Notes: a model not told the origin generated them from the sequence alone. A stretch of DNA of 64,000 nucleotides from an uncultured Candidatus Saccharibacteria bacterium (GCA_964584895.1 CAZPAW010000001.1:197053-261052); one strand, 5' to 3'; positions 40,694 through 48,693 are shown, counted from the stretch's first letter. Program-made: numbers and translations.

Positions 40694-41044
40694 ATGGTAG
40701 AAGAAAAAGGTGAAAAGTTAAAACGTCAACCAGACCCAACTCCAGAAGATAGAGTATTTTTAAATGAAATCGTGCAATCACATCTCGGAGAGAGAGCAAC
40801 TGGAGAATTCTTTGGGGTTATGTCGCGCGGTGTTAGGGGAGACGAAGGTCATTATGGGCACGCGGTTTTGGTCGTAGACCCTGATATTGCTGAGCGATTT
40901 AGTCAAGATCCAGAAGGTTATCCAGACCTTTTAGCGACCATGTCTACCACTATCACTAATAAGATTAAAGTTGCTGGTAATGTAATTATAGATTTAGCAG
41001 GTCACGCTTTTGATAGTAAAACCGCGAATAGATCTAATAAATAA
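40694..41044 (+). CDS. hypothetical protein
   Basis: 116-aa ORF, His-rich core 'GHYGHAVLVVDPD', no recognisable domain. Confidence 0.4.
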   Translation: MVEEKGEKLKRQPDPTPEDRVFLNEIVQSHLGERATGEFFGVMSRGVRGDEGHYGHAVLVVDPDIAERFSQDPEGYPDLLATMSTTITNKIKVAGNVIIDLAGHAFDSKTANRSNK

Positions 41045-41066
41045 TGGATTATAATAAATTCAAAGT

Positions 41067-41327
41067 ATGGCCAAGAATATGAAGTCTACCCAAGAAGAGC
41101 AATTAGAGCTAGGCAAAAAGCTTCAGCAATTTTATGATTCAGGATATATAAATAAAAAGCAAACATTATTATTTTCGTTTTATAAAGGCATAGCATCAGG
41201 ATTTGGAGTTGTTATAGGAGGCACGATTGTAATCGCTTTACTTATATGGCTGCTTGGTCTATTTGATGAACTGCCTTTTTTAGGCGATCTAGTAGATTCC
41301 ATCAACAGAACAATTCAATCAAAATAA
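41067..41327 (+). CDS. small membrane protein
   Basis: 86 aa. Amphipathic N-terminus then a TM 'GVVIGGTIVIALLIWLLGLF'. Confidence 0.45.
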   Translation: MAKNMKSTQEEQLELGKKLQQFYDSGYINKKQTLLFSFYKGIASGFGVVIGGTIVIALLIWLLGLFDELPFLGDLVDSINRTIQSK

Positions 41328-41489
41328 TCATAATATTTTATCGACGATGCCGAAGTATTTCTTGGTTATCTATAAATTGTTGTAGTGCGGATCTTCAGCA
41401 CTATATAAAAGTAAAAATTTCTAATCAGCCAATCATAATAAAAAGTCTAGAGATAAAATATGTCGAGTTATGTAGTCAAGACTATTATT

Positions 41490-42038
41490 TTAGCTCGCCC
41501 GATTTCCGTTGGGTTGAATTACCCACCATAGTCCGCCATGGGTGCTGATGTTGTGGCATTTTACTTCACCTGGTTTTTCATGAGCATAATAGTATAACGG
41601 GTGATTGTTATAGGTAACTTGGGTAGTACCGTCAGTCCGCTCGGTAGTGCCTAGTAATTTTTCATTTACTTCACCGGACGCTATTGGAGTCCCGTTGGTA
41701 AGTACAGGTGGCCATGCTTCGGCACAATCATCGTAACATTCGGCTTTTTTTGATTCCTCTAATTCCCATATGTATATTGCTTGATTATTGTCATCGAAAA
41801 GCATTGTGCCAAAATCACTTTCGCCGGTCGTAATAATTGTTCCTTTAGATTTTTTCACTGAATCATCAGAACTTGTTTTTGGTTGCACTTCTTGTTGTAC
41901 TGTTTGTTTTTCTGCAGTAGGTTCTGATTCATTATTGTTATTTGTGTATACTTTGTACCCGATAAAACCTAATGCACCAACTAAAACAATTATCAGAACA
42001 ACACCGATTATTCCAAAACCTTTATTTCGTGATACCAT
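41490..42038 (-). CDS. secreted-repeat protein (COG4315 / PF03640-like lipoprotein repeat)
   Basis: N-terminal TM. 'CYDDCAEAWPPVL...GTTERTDGTTQVTYNNHPLYYYAHEKPGE..C......GGLWWVIQPNG' matches the family consensus. Confidence 0.65.
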   Translation of the reverse strand: MVSRNKGFGIIGVVLIIVLVGALGFIGYKVYTNNNNESEPTAEKQTVQQEVQPKTSSDDSVKKSKGTIITTGESDFGTMLFDDNNQAIYIWELEESKKAECYDDCAEAWPPVLTNGTPIASGEVNEKLLGTTERTDGTTQVTYNNHPLYYYAHEKPGEVKCHNISTHGGLWWVIQPNGNRAS

Positions 42039-42235
42039 ATTCTACCCTTAATTTATCTTGTTAATAGTAATGACTATTATAAACAATAATTTATATGTAG
42101 CCCAATTCAAGGTATGGTTTTTTACCAGCTTGTTGGCTATTGTTTTTGTAAGGTTCTAAATATTGTATTGAATCAACTGCTTATAAAATCTTTTGACAAT
42201 AAATAAAAACACCGTAAATAAATTGATTTAGATTA

Positions 42236-42694
42236 TTATCGGCCAATGTCAGAAATATTTTCGTAGTACGAGCCAGCATCTGGGAAATTATTATCTATTC
42301 TATCAACAAATTTTTTTGAAAAACCAAACTTAGTTAGCTCATTTATAGGAATAAATTTTACTGTGTGTAATTTATTTGATTCCGAGTCAGTAAGTTTTAA
42401 ATTTTGGCCAGGTTTTCCTGATATATATTTACATTCTAAAAAAACGTTAATAACGTGTTTATTTTCTAAAAATCTCTCGGCAATATATAACAGTCTTGTT
42501 GATTTTACTTTAAGACCGGTTTCTTCTTTGACTTCACGTTCAACGGCTTCCATGATTGTTTCACCCTCTTCAACTTTGCCCCCTGGTAATGACCAAAATG
42601 TATCCATGTCGGAGAACGATTGTTTTATCAATAATAATTTATTGTCATATATGCAGACGGCTGTAGCGCGAATAACCATATCAATACTATACAT
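42236..42694 (-). CDS. NUDIX hydrolase
   Basis: Nudix box 'GGKVEEGETIMEAVEREVKEETGL'. Confidence 0.8.
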   Translation of the reverse strand: MYSIDMVIRATAVCIYDNKLLLIKQSFSDMDTFWSLPGGKVEEGETIMEAVEREVKEETGLKVKSTRLLYIAERFLENKHVINVFLECKYISGKPGQNLKLTDSESNKLHTVKFIPINELTKFGFSKKFVDRIDNNFPDAGSYYENISDIGR

Positions 42695-42743
42695 CCACTC
42701 GCGAAACTGAAGGGTTAATTGTGTCCCTGATGCTTTAAGATTA

Positions 42744-42771
42744 GGACGTAGTGCAAGGGGAGCCGACTAGC
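42744..42771. repeat. degenerate copy (D) of the conserved intergenic/leader element family (see 43445..43600)
   Basis: 'GGACGTAGTGCAAGGGGAGCCGACTAGC' aligns with 'GGATGGAGCTTAGTGCTAGGAGAGTTGACTAG' of copies A-C. Same position relative to flanking genes. Confidence 0.35.
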
Positions 42772-42789
42772 TAAAAATATATATCTCAG

Positions 42790-43437
42790 TTATAGAAATT
42801 TTATAGAGTTAACAATACTTTCAAATTCTTGAGTAAGATTTGACGCATCAAAATCATATTCATTGTTTGTAGTATTGTTGCTGTAACTTTCTCTGAAGCT
42901 AAGTGTCACCAAATCCTTGCCATTTAATACCCTATACTCAATATCCTTATATTTTTCGGCCTCACTAGGGCCAACAAAATCGGTCGTATGCTTTAGCGCC
43001 TTATATCCATCTATTGTCACTTTTTCGTAGGTATTAAATTGGTCTTTATCGATATCATCGATTTCTTTTTCTATTGTTGTGTCTACATCAGTAAAACCAT
43101 AGATGAACACTTCGGCTTTTTGATTATCTTTATTGCGAAGTGTTATGGGTTGCGTATCTTTGGTCCAATCAGGAGTTGGCTTAGTAGGTCCATCGGTGTC
43201 TGGTTCTTCGTATGGTATTTTTGACCAAGTATTTGGGTATTCGACAGAAAAAGTTTTCGAAGAGTCTGTTATTTCTGATTTAGTAGAGCTTGGTGTCGTA
43301 TTAGTAGAATTATATGAATTATCACTATCACTCCTATTATTTACGACATACCACCCAACACCTGCAATTAATCCAACAATAACAAATATTAGTAATCCCT
43401 CTACTACACTAAAGCCTTTGGTGTTCAACTTTTTCAT
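42790..43437 (-). CDS. type IV pilin-like protein
   Basis: Class III signal 'MKKLNTKG|FSVVEGLLIFVIVGLIAGVGWYVV' followed by a 180-aa Ser/Thr/Asn-rich domain. Confidence 0.65.
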   Translation of the reverse strand: MKKLNTKGFSVVEGLLIFVIVGLIAGVGWYVVNNRSDSDNSYNSTNTTPSSTKSEITDSSKTFSVEYPNTWSKIPYEEPDTDGPTKPTPDWTKDTQPITLRNKDNQKAEVFIYGFTDVDTTIEKEIDDIDKDQFNTYEKVTIDGYKALKHTTDFVGPSEAEKYKDIEYRVLNGKDLVTLSFRESYSNNTTNNEYDFDASNLTQEFESIVNSIKFL

Positions 43438-43444
43438 TTCTTAG

Positions 43445-43600
43445 TTCCTGCTTATGCTTATTAAATCAAGATTAATTATATACCTATTTCAATATAAAAG
43501 AGCTCCTTTTGTAGAGACCAAAGTGCTAATGTTTACACAGGTGTGTTCGTCCGCTATACAACGGATGGAGCTTAGTGCTAGGAGAGTTGACTAGAGGTGG
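43445..43600 (-). promoter_or_regulatory. copy A of a ~155-nt conserved leader/intergenic element (includes RBS and 5'UTR of the downstream minus-strand gene, plus a covarying hairpin)
   Basis: Aligns with copy B (44139..44281) at ~75% over ~155 nt, including 'CATAAGCAGGA' directly before the ATG. Hairpin TCCGC-N7-GCGGA (A/B) versus CTCG-N8-CGAG (C) shows a compensatory change. Confidence 0.5.
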
Positions 43601-43614
43601 AACAGATTATTTCG

Positions 43615-44121
43615 TCACTCTATTGAATTTTCTTGAATTTTACCTTTTGAATCTTCACACTCAGGTTCAGCAATCTTATTAATATTATATTTCTCTAGCT
43701 GTTGACAGAGAGGATTTTCTCCGCTTCCGCTATACTCAGTCGGCGGTATCAATGTCCAGTCGCCATTATCCTGTTTTACTGCAACAATAGTAACTTCTTC
43801 AATTAAATTATCTGAGCATCCATATGACATCCTAGCATATCTATCGTCAACATTAGCTTGTACTGCGTATAGTGCTACTCCGTCGGGTGTGTCTGTGCCT
43901 CGATATTGTTTACAGTCATCGTCAGAGTTCTTTTCAAGATAAGATTCTAGTCCTGACGGTATAACAACACTATCATCGACTGCCCAAACCTTTACATTCT
44001 CACTATCTTTATTTAAAAGGTTATTAGTTAGATAACCCAATGCGAAAGCTGTAACTACTATTGCTAAAAGTATTAAATAATTTTTTGACCGCATTGTATT
44101 CTTCTTTTTTGGTTTTGGCAT
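43615..44121 (-). CDS. hypothetical secreted/membrane-anchored protein
   Basis: 168 aa, basic N-terminus plus TM, 4 Cys in the C-terminal domain. Confidence 0.5.
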   Translation of the reverse strand: MPKPKKKNTMRSKNYLILLAIVVTAFALGYLTNNLLNKDSENVKVWAVDDSVVIPSGLESYLEKNSDDDCKQYRGTDTPDGVALYAVQANVDDRYARMSYGCSDNLIEEVTIVAVKQDNGDWTLIPPTEYSGSGENPLCQQLEKYNINKIAEPECEDSKGKIQENSIE

Positions 44122-44138
44122 TTTTTTGGTCCTGCTTA

Positions 44139-44281
44139 TGTTATTAAATTAAGTATAAGTATACTCCTATTTTTCATAAAAAACTTATATTTTTACAGAG
44201 GCCAAAGTACTAATGGTAAACAGGTGTATTCGTCCGCCATACAGCGGATGGAGCACTATGCTAGAAGAATTGACTAGGTGG
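44139..44281 (-). promoter_or_regulatory. copy B of the conserved leader/intergenic element
   Basis: Alignment to copy A is given in that entry. Sits upstream of an unrelated gene (43615..44121). Confidence 0.5.
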
Positions 44282-44287
44282 AAAGAA

Positions 44288-44719
44288 CTAGCTCTGGCTA
44301 TCTAGGTATTCTTGCAAGCCTTTAAGCCAGCCTCCCGTAAAGTATTCTTCGGGTTTGAAAGTTGCAATATCTACCCACTCATACTTATCGTGGTTGCCGC
44401 CGAGTTTGATGTCTCCGTTTTTGTATATTGCATCGTAACCGACTGCAAAAATTCGTACAGGTAGCTTAGTTGTGTGCTCAGTTCTTTCGTGCCTAAAGAA
44501 TATTACTGGCTTTTCGAGCTCATACTCTACGTCATGGCCCAACTCTTCATTTATCTTACGTTTAACAATTTTCTCAAGAGGCTTCTCGAATTCGTCGGGT
44601 TTAATGCGTCCACCAGGAATATCCCATTCACCGAAGACATCATGTGTTATCAAAAGGTTGCCACCCTTCCGAAGCAGTACCTTTACTGCAATGTGATAAA
44701 GGTCTTTTGGCTCATTCAT
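44288..44719 (-). CDS. NUDIX hydrolase
   Basis: 'GGRIKPDEFEKPLEKIVKRKINEELG' Nudix box. Confidence 0.75.
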   Translation of the reverse strand: MNEPKDLYHIAVKVLLRKGGNLLITHDVFGEWDIPGGRIKPDEFEKPLEKIVKRKINEELGHDVEYELEKPVIFFRHERTEHTTKLPVRIFAVGYDAIYKNGDIKLGGNHDKYEWVDIATFKPEEYFTGGWLKGLQEYLDSQS

Positions 44720-44794
44720 ATCATCATAATACCAAAATCAAGAAAAGAGACATCTACTTATTACAGAACTCACAGTGTTTATTGTTGGTTGCCT

Positions 44795-44843
44795 AGGTAC
44801 GCTCGGATTGGAACGAGTTGCTAGGAGAGTTGACAGGATGGAC
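44795..44843 (-). promoter_or_regulatory. partial copy C of the conserved element (hairpin plus 'TTGCTAGGAGAGTTGACAGGATGG' core)
   Basis: Core aligns with copies A and B. The stem carries compensatory substitutions. Confidence 0.4.
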
Positions 44844-44857
44844 ACCGACTTAACCAG

Positions 44858-45595
44858 TCATAAATACTTTGTAATTAATTTCTCTAGTGATTCTTCTACG
44901 GCTTTTATTGCTTCTGGATAAAGCCTGTAATCGTGTGTGCAATCAATCTCAAGAAAAATCTTTGGTTCAGATAATTCATCAAAGATTTCTTTAACACGAC
45001 TAGACGGCACAAATTTGTCCTTTGTTGCATACACCAATAGTTTTGCACCCTTAAAGTTTTTCAAAGCTTGTATGGGGTCATGTTTGGCACCGTCTTCAAA
45101 GTATTTCATAGGAAGACTAAACTTGCGTTGTTCTTTGGTTCTTTTGTTTCCTGGTGGAATGTCTCGTGATTCTTGTAACGTATTGTTTTTGATTTTTTCT
45201 AGTTCAGGCGCTGACGGCTTGCCGTAAGCTGCATTAATAAGTGCCAATCCTATAACAGAAGGGTTGTCTGAAGCTAGCATTGCGGTTGCACCACCACGAC
45301 TATGCCCTAATAGTAGAGTAGGGCGATTACCTAGCAAATCTATAAGCTCATTGATTGCATTAATGTATGTAGTAGTTGTGTAGTTTTCTAATTCGCCTAG
45401 GCTATCCCAAGTTCCTGGTGCATCAATTGCGATAGCGTAATAACCGTGCTTAGCAAAGAAGTCAAGGTGACTAACAAAGTTTGCATAATCTTTCGTATCA
45501 AGACGGCCTGGCATCAATATGGCGACCTTGGTCGCGTCAGTGTCTCCAGCTTCGTTGGCTGCGATTGTAAAGTTCTTGGTTTTAATCAGTTTCAT
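44858..45595 (-). CDS. alpha/beta hydrolase (dienelactone-hydrolase/esterase-like)
   Basis: Nucleophile elbow 'GHSRGG', 'ILMPGRLD' oxyanion region, 245 aa. Confidence 0.7.
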   Translation of the reverse strand: MKLIKTKNFTIAANEAGDTDATKVAILMPGRLDTKDYANFVSHLDFFAKHGYYAIAIDAPGTWDSLGELENYTTTTYINAINELIDLLGNRPTLLLGHSRGGATAMLASDNPSVIGLALINAAYGKPSAPELEKIKNNTLQESRDIPPGNKRTKEQRKFSLPMKYFEDGAKHDPIQALKNFKGAKLLVYATKDKFVPSSRVKEIFDELSEPKIFLEIDCTHDYRLYPEAIKAVEESLEKLITKYL

Positions 45596-45657
45596 ATTTC
45601 AATAATAACAGAGAGACTAAAAAGACCCCAGCTTCCTAGGGTCATAGTGCTTATGCT

Positions 45658-45732
45658 TGGTTGCGGGACCAGGACTCGAACCTGGGACCTCGTGGTTATG
45701 AGCCACGCGAGCTGCCGCTGCTCCATCCCGCA
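45658..45732 (-). tRNA. tRNA-CAT with initiator-like features (candidate tRNA-fMet)
   Basis: Read on the minus strand: TGCGGGA-TG-GAGC-AGCGGCA-GCTC-G-CGTGG-CTCATAA-CCACG-AGGTC-CCAGG-TTCGAGT-CCTGG-TCCCGCA-A-CCA. Features: weak U1-A72 pair, A11:U24, two G:C pairs closing the anticodon loop. Confidence 0.75.
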
Positions 45733-45831
45733 TATCGTCTGGATGACGATCAAAAACTATCCAGAGCAGTTCAAATACTAACATTACAGATAACAGATGT
45801 CAATAAGCATGCTATGAAATAAAAAAAGTAT

Positions 45832-45860
45832 TTGACAAATTAAAGTTCTTATGTATAATG
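45832..45860 (+). promoter_or_regulatory. near-consensus sigma70 promoter TTGACA, 17-nt spacer, TATAAT in a gene-poor region
   Basis: Exact hexamers read directly, followed by an A-rich leader and an AAGGAG RBS. Confidence 0.6.
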
Positions 45861-45931
45861 TTAAGTACAGTTTTAAATTAAAACAAAACAAAAAATTAAC
45901 AAACTAACAAAACAAAAAAGGAGTCCGAAAA

Positions 45932-46009
45932 ATGGGCGATCTTACTTATGAAGTTGTCGAGACAGACAACGTAGCAATAAGAGAAGTAGACAGCATACTT
46001 TTCAGTTAA
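45932..46009 (+). CDS. candidate 25-aa small ORF (MGDLTYEVVETDNVAIREVDSILFS) behind the strong promoter and a consensus RBS
   Basis: AAGGAG 9 nt upstream of the ATG. Acidic peptide. No homology assessable by eye. Confidence 0.35.
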   Translation: MGDLTYEVVETDNVAIREVDSILFS

Positions 46010-46088
46010 TTCATCAAGAGCTAAAGCTCTAAAAAACGATGGGCTAGCCGGTGCAAAAAATGTACCGGCTATTTTTGGTAACAACAAT

Positions 46089-46181
46089 ATGTTGTCAGGC
46101 TGGAGTTTGCCTTGTTGTTTTATCAGCACTATTATCGGAATTTGGGTTGGTTATAAGGTTGGACAATATATATACGACTAA
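46089..46181 (+). CDS. candidate 30-aa hydrophobic peptide (MLSGWSLPCCFISTIIGIWVGYKVGQYIYD), type-I-toxin-like
   Basis: Single predicted TM with an aromatic/charged C-terminus. The frame is open from 45990. No obvious SD. Confidence 0.25.
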   Translation: MLSGWSLPCCFISTIIGIWVGYKVGQYIYD

Positions 46182-46281
46182 ATATCTTTTCTATTGCGAG
46201 CTAAAGCTCGCGCTTTAAATACTTTTTACCTGAAAAAGTAGTAGCAAAAGCAGGCAAGCGGCTGAAAGAACAAGATGTTAA

Positions 46282-46389
46282 TTTTAGTAATATGTATCGT
46301 GCCTGCGGAACGTAAGCGATCCGATTCATTAATTCTAGAGTAAGGAATCGGATTAGTCCTCGGCATTGACCCGATACATATTACTAAAA
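46282..46389. repeat. nested perfect inverted repeats: outer 18 bp (TTTTAGTAATATGTATCG / CGATACATATTACTAAAA) and inner 9 bp (ATCCGATTC / GAATCGGAT) with symmetric 18-nt internal loops
   Basis: Read directly. The 108-nt element could form a long stem-loop in RNA or a cruciform in DNA. Confidence 0.6.
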
Positions 46390-46514
46390 TTAAATCTGTT
46401 TTTCAGAGCTTGGAAACTAAGCGATAATTTACTCATCAATTTCTGGTCATTGTCCAGAGAATAATAATGAAACATTACGTTGATTTGGGTATCTTTTAAC
46501 AGACTAGAATTAGC

Positions 46515-46949
46515 CTAATCAGTTTTGAGCCAGTTTTCGAGTGATTTTAAGTCTGGAAAAATCTCATCAAAAATACCATACAGAGTTTCTGTCTTTTCTG
46601 GTATGCCCAATGCATAACATTTTTTGCCCATGCCATATGCTGCACCAGCCTCTATGTGTCCAGAGATCCCCGCTGGTAAAACTAATAGGAAGTTATCGCT
46701 ATCTCGTTGAGCCTGCATATCATTTTCGAAAATATGTCTTATGAAATCATCGTCTTTGGGTAGCGATTCGAGCGTTTGCATAATCGACTCAATGCTAGCA
46801 TCTTGTTTGAACTCAACTTTCGATCCCTTATACAAGTTCTCAATGAAACAATAGGCAACTTTGTTGTGAGCTCTTACAGAATCAAGGGCTTTTTTTACTT
46901 CTGGATAATTTCGCCAACGTCCAACTATGAAGAAATCGTACTTTGCCAT
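46515..46949 (-). CDS. nucleoside 2-deoxyribosyltransferase-like protein (Rossmann-like)
   Basis: 'FLLVLPAGISGHIEAGAAYGMGKKCYAL' resembles the 'DsGTafEiGyAyalGKPv' motif of PF05014-type proteins. Confidence 0.55.
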   Translation of the reverse strand: MAKYDFFIVGRWRNYPEVKKALDSVRAHNKVAYCFIENLYKGSKVEFKQDASIESIMQTLESLPKDDDFIRHIFENDMQAQRDSDNFLLVLPAGISGHIEAGAAYGMGKKCYALGIPEKTETLYGIFDEIFPDLKSLENWLKTD

Positions 46950-47318
46950 GGAATAATTATATCAATTTAGTTGATGAAGGCTCTAACTTACTAATTGGTC
47001 AACCTAACTCATATGGATATGGAATGACTTTGTTGGGTATCTGACTGATCCTAAACAGATGTTGTGAAAAAAAGGTGACCTTGGACGCGAGGACTGTTTG
47101 AGATATGAATTTGCTTAGTAGCATATTCATATAGAGTTCCACAGAGAGCTAACTTTATACTAACAGATATATAAAGACTGTGTAGTAAGTCCGAGCTTTT
47201 GGTTTACTTTGGGCGGTTAAAAGTAATAAATTAATAGTTTTTAATAAAATAGATATGCCTACATTGAATCTAGTAACTTGGGTTGAGATGTGGTATATTT
47301 ACCCCTGTCGGTAACTAT

Positions 47319-47395
47319 GTCGGTGTAGCTCAGTTGGTTAGAGCGCAGGACTCATAAGCCTGAGGTCGTTGGTTCAATTCCAACCACCGACACCA
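47319..47395 (+). tRNA. tRNA with CAT anticodon, elongator-type (Met or Ile2-lysidine); CCA encoded
   Basis: GTCGGTG-TA-GCTC-AGTTGGTTA-GAGC-G-CAGGA-CTCATAA-GCCTG-AGGTC-GTTGG-TTCAATT-CCAAC-CACCGAC-A-CCA. C11:G24. A31/G39 mismatch at the loop-proximal pair. Confidence 0.75.
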
Positions 47396-47445
47396 AAAAA
47401 AGTTTTGCAAAGATTAAAATGCTGATGGTATAATAAAGTCTCAGT

Positions 47446-48105
47446 ATGGCAACAACCCAAAGTCCAGCTGAAACAGGTTCATCTCCGCAAGGAGATGTTT
47501 TTTTATCACAAGATTATTTAGGCCAAATACCTCCTCAAGTTCATGAAAATAGATTTTCACGACAGTTGCACGACTTAACTACTTTGGATATTGTGCGCAG
47601 TGACGTCGCGGTTGCCACGCAGACTCTCAACGGCGAAAGAACATTTAGATATGACGCATGTGGTGTTTTGATCTCGGGCTTGAAAGAAATTACAGATACA
47701 ATTTTTAGAGCAAGAGAAGGTGTGCTCGAGATTGAGGCAAAAGGCCTATTCAGGTTGGGCCGAGGGTTGTCTAGACTTTTCGAGGAATATGGTGTGGGTG
47801 AAAATGATGATGATGACAGCTTCCTTAGAATGCCGGTTGAGCGTATTACTGATGTGAGGCCTGGTTATGGCACAGGTCGAGTCCTAAATAGGGATATGAT
47901 TGTATATAATCCGTTTTTGGATTTGAGAATACAATTTGAAGATGATCTTGCTCCAGCAAATGTTGGGGTTTCTCCTCATCTCAAACATCTTTTTAGAGAA
48001 GACAGGCCAGGGGAATTTCATAGGATAGGATTAGCAGGTATTACAAGATTGAGTTTGCTTGAGCCAATGGAGTCGTTGAGAGCAAGGACTAATCCTGTTA
48101 AATGA
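47446..48105 (+). CDS. hypothetical protein, first gene of a coupled two-gene cassette
   Basis: 219-aa ORF, no recognisable motif. Stop overlaps the next start (ATGA). Confidence 0.5.
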   Translation: MATTQSPAETGSSPQGDVFLSQDYLGQIPPQVHENRFSRQLHDLTTLDIVRSDVAVATQTLNGERTFRYDACGVLISGLKEITDTIFRAREGVLEIEAKGLFRLGRGLSRLFEEYGVGENDDDDSFLRMPVERITDVRPGYGTGRVLNRDMIVYNPFLDLRIQFEDDLAPANVGVSPHLKHLFREDRPGEFHRIGLAGITRLSLLEPMESLRARTNPVK

Positions 48106-48680
48106 CCGAGTCCAAATCTGTCGATACACCGCCCAATGAAGGCGGTATTTTTTTGTCAAAAGAAGAATATGAAAAAGTAAGCGAGCTAGTCGCCGAATTC
48201 CCAAGAATAGCAGACAAAGGATTACAAAAACGGCAGGCCTATCCTTTTATTAATTTGTATCTGATCATGTGGATTCTGTCGCGAGAAAAACGATCTAATA
48301 ATCAAGATGGCTTTGATCGTGAGCCCTATCGTGATTTTTGTAGGAATTGGATGCAACAAATGAGAGAAGAGGCCCTATATCCAATCGATGTTTCTGGAAT
48401 CGTAAGAAGAGTGTCATCCATCTTCCAAAACAGACTACTATACTCCAGTAGCGTCGATGACGCCCCAGTAATTTTTGATCTTGCGGGCAAAGAGTACATA
48501 GCCTTATGCCACCCATCGCTTAAATCATTGTATCTATGCACAGAGGAAGAAGGTACTGGTAGAATCGTTAGTTTTACGGAAGCACAGTTGTCGGCTGAGC
48601 ATGATCGATCAGCACGCTACGCTAGTACCGAGGACCACATAGCTTTTTTGAGCGCCTGTGTTTTATCTGTTGAATTCTGA
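48102..48680 (+). CDS. hypothetical protein, second gene of the cassette
   Basis: 192-aa ORF, no recognisable motif. Translationally coupled to 47446..48105. Confidence 0.5.
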   Translation: MTESKSVDTPPNEGGIFLSKEEYEKVSELVAEFPRIADKGLQKRQAYPFINLYLIMWILSREKRSNNQDGFDREPYRDFCRNWMQQMREEALYPIDVSGIVRRVSSIFQNRLLYSSSVDDAPVIFDLAGKEYIALCHPSLKSLYLCTEEEGTGRIVSFTEAQLSAEHDRSARYASTEDHIAFLSACVLSVEF

Positions 48681-48693
48681 TACCATATCGATA

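Noticed and set aside
45896-46129. 77-aa minus-strand ORF in the gene-poor region
   Set aside because: No RBS and low-complexity composition. It is antisense to the promoter-driven micro-ORFs. Retained only as a possible antisense transcript in the finding, not called as a CDS.
45780-47318. tmRNA, RNase P RNA, SRP RNA or 6S RNA in the two long intergenic stretches
   Set aside because: Looked for GGGG...TCCACCA tmRNA termini and the ANDENYALAA-type tag frame, the RNase P 'AGGAAAGTCCGGGCTCC' block, and the SRP 'GGAAGGAAGCAGCC' block. None were found by eye. Needs an Infernal scan.
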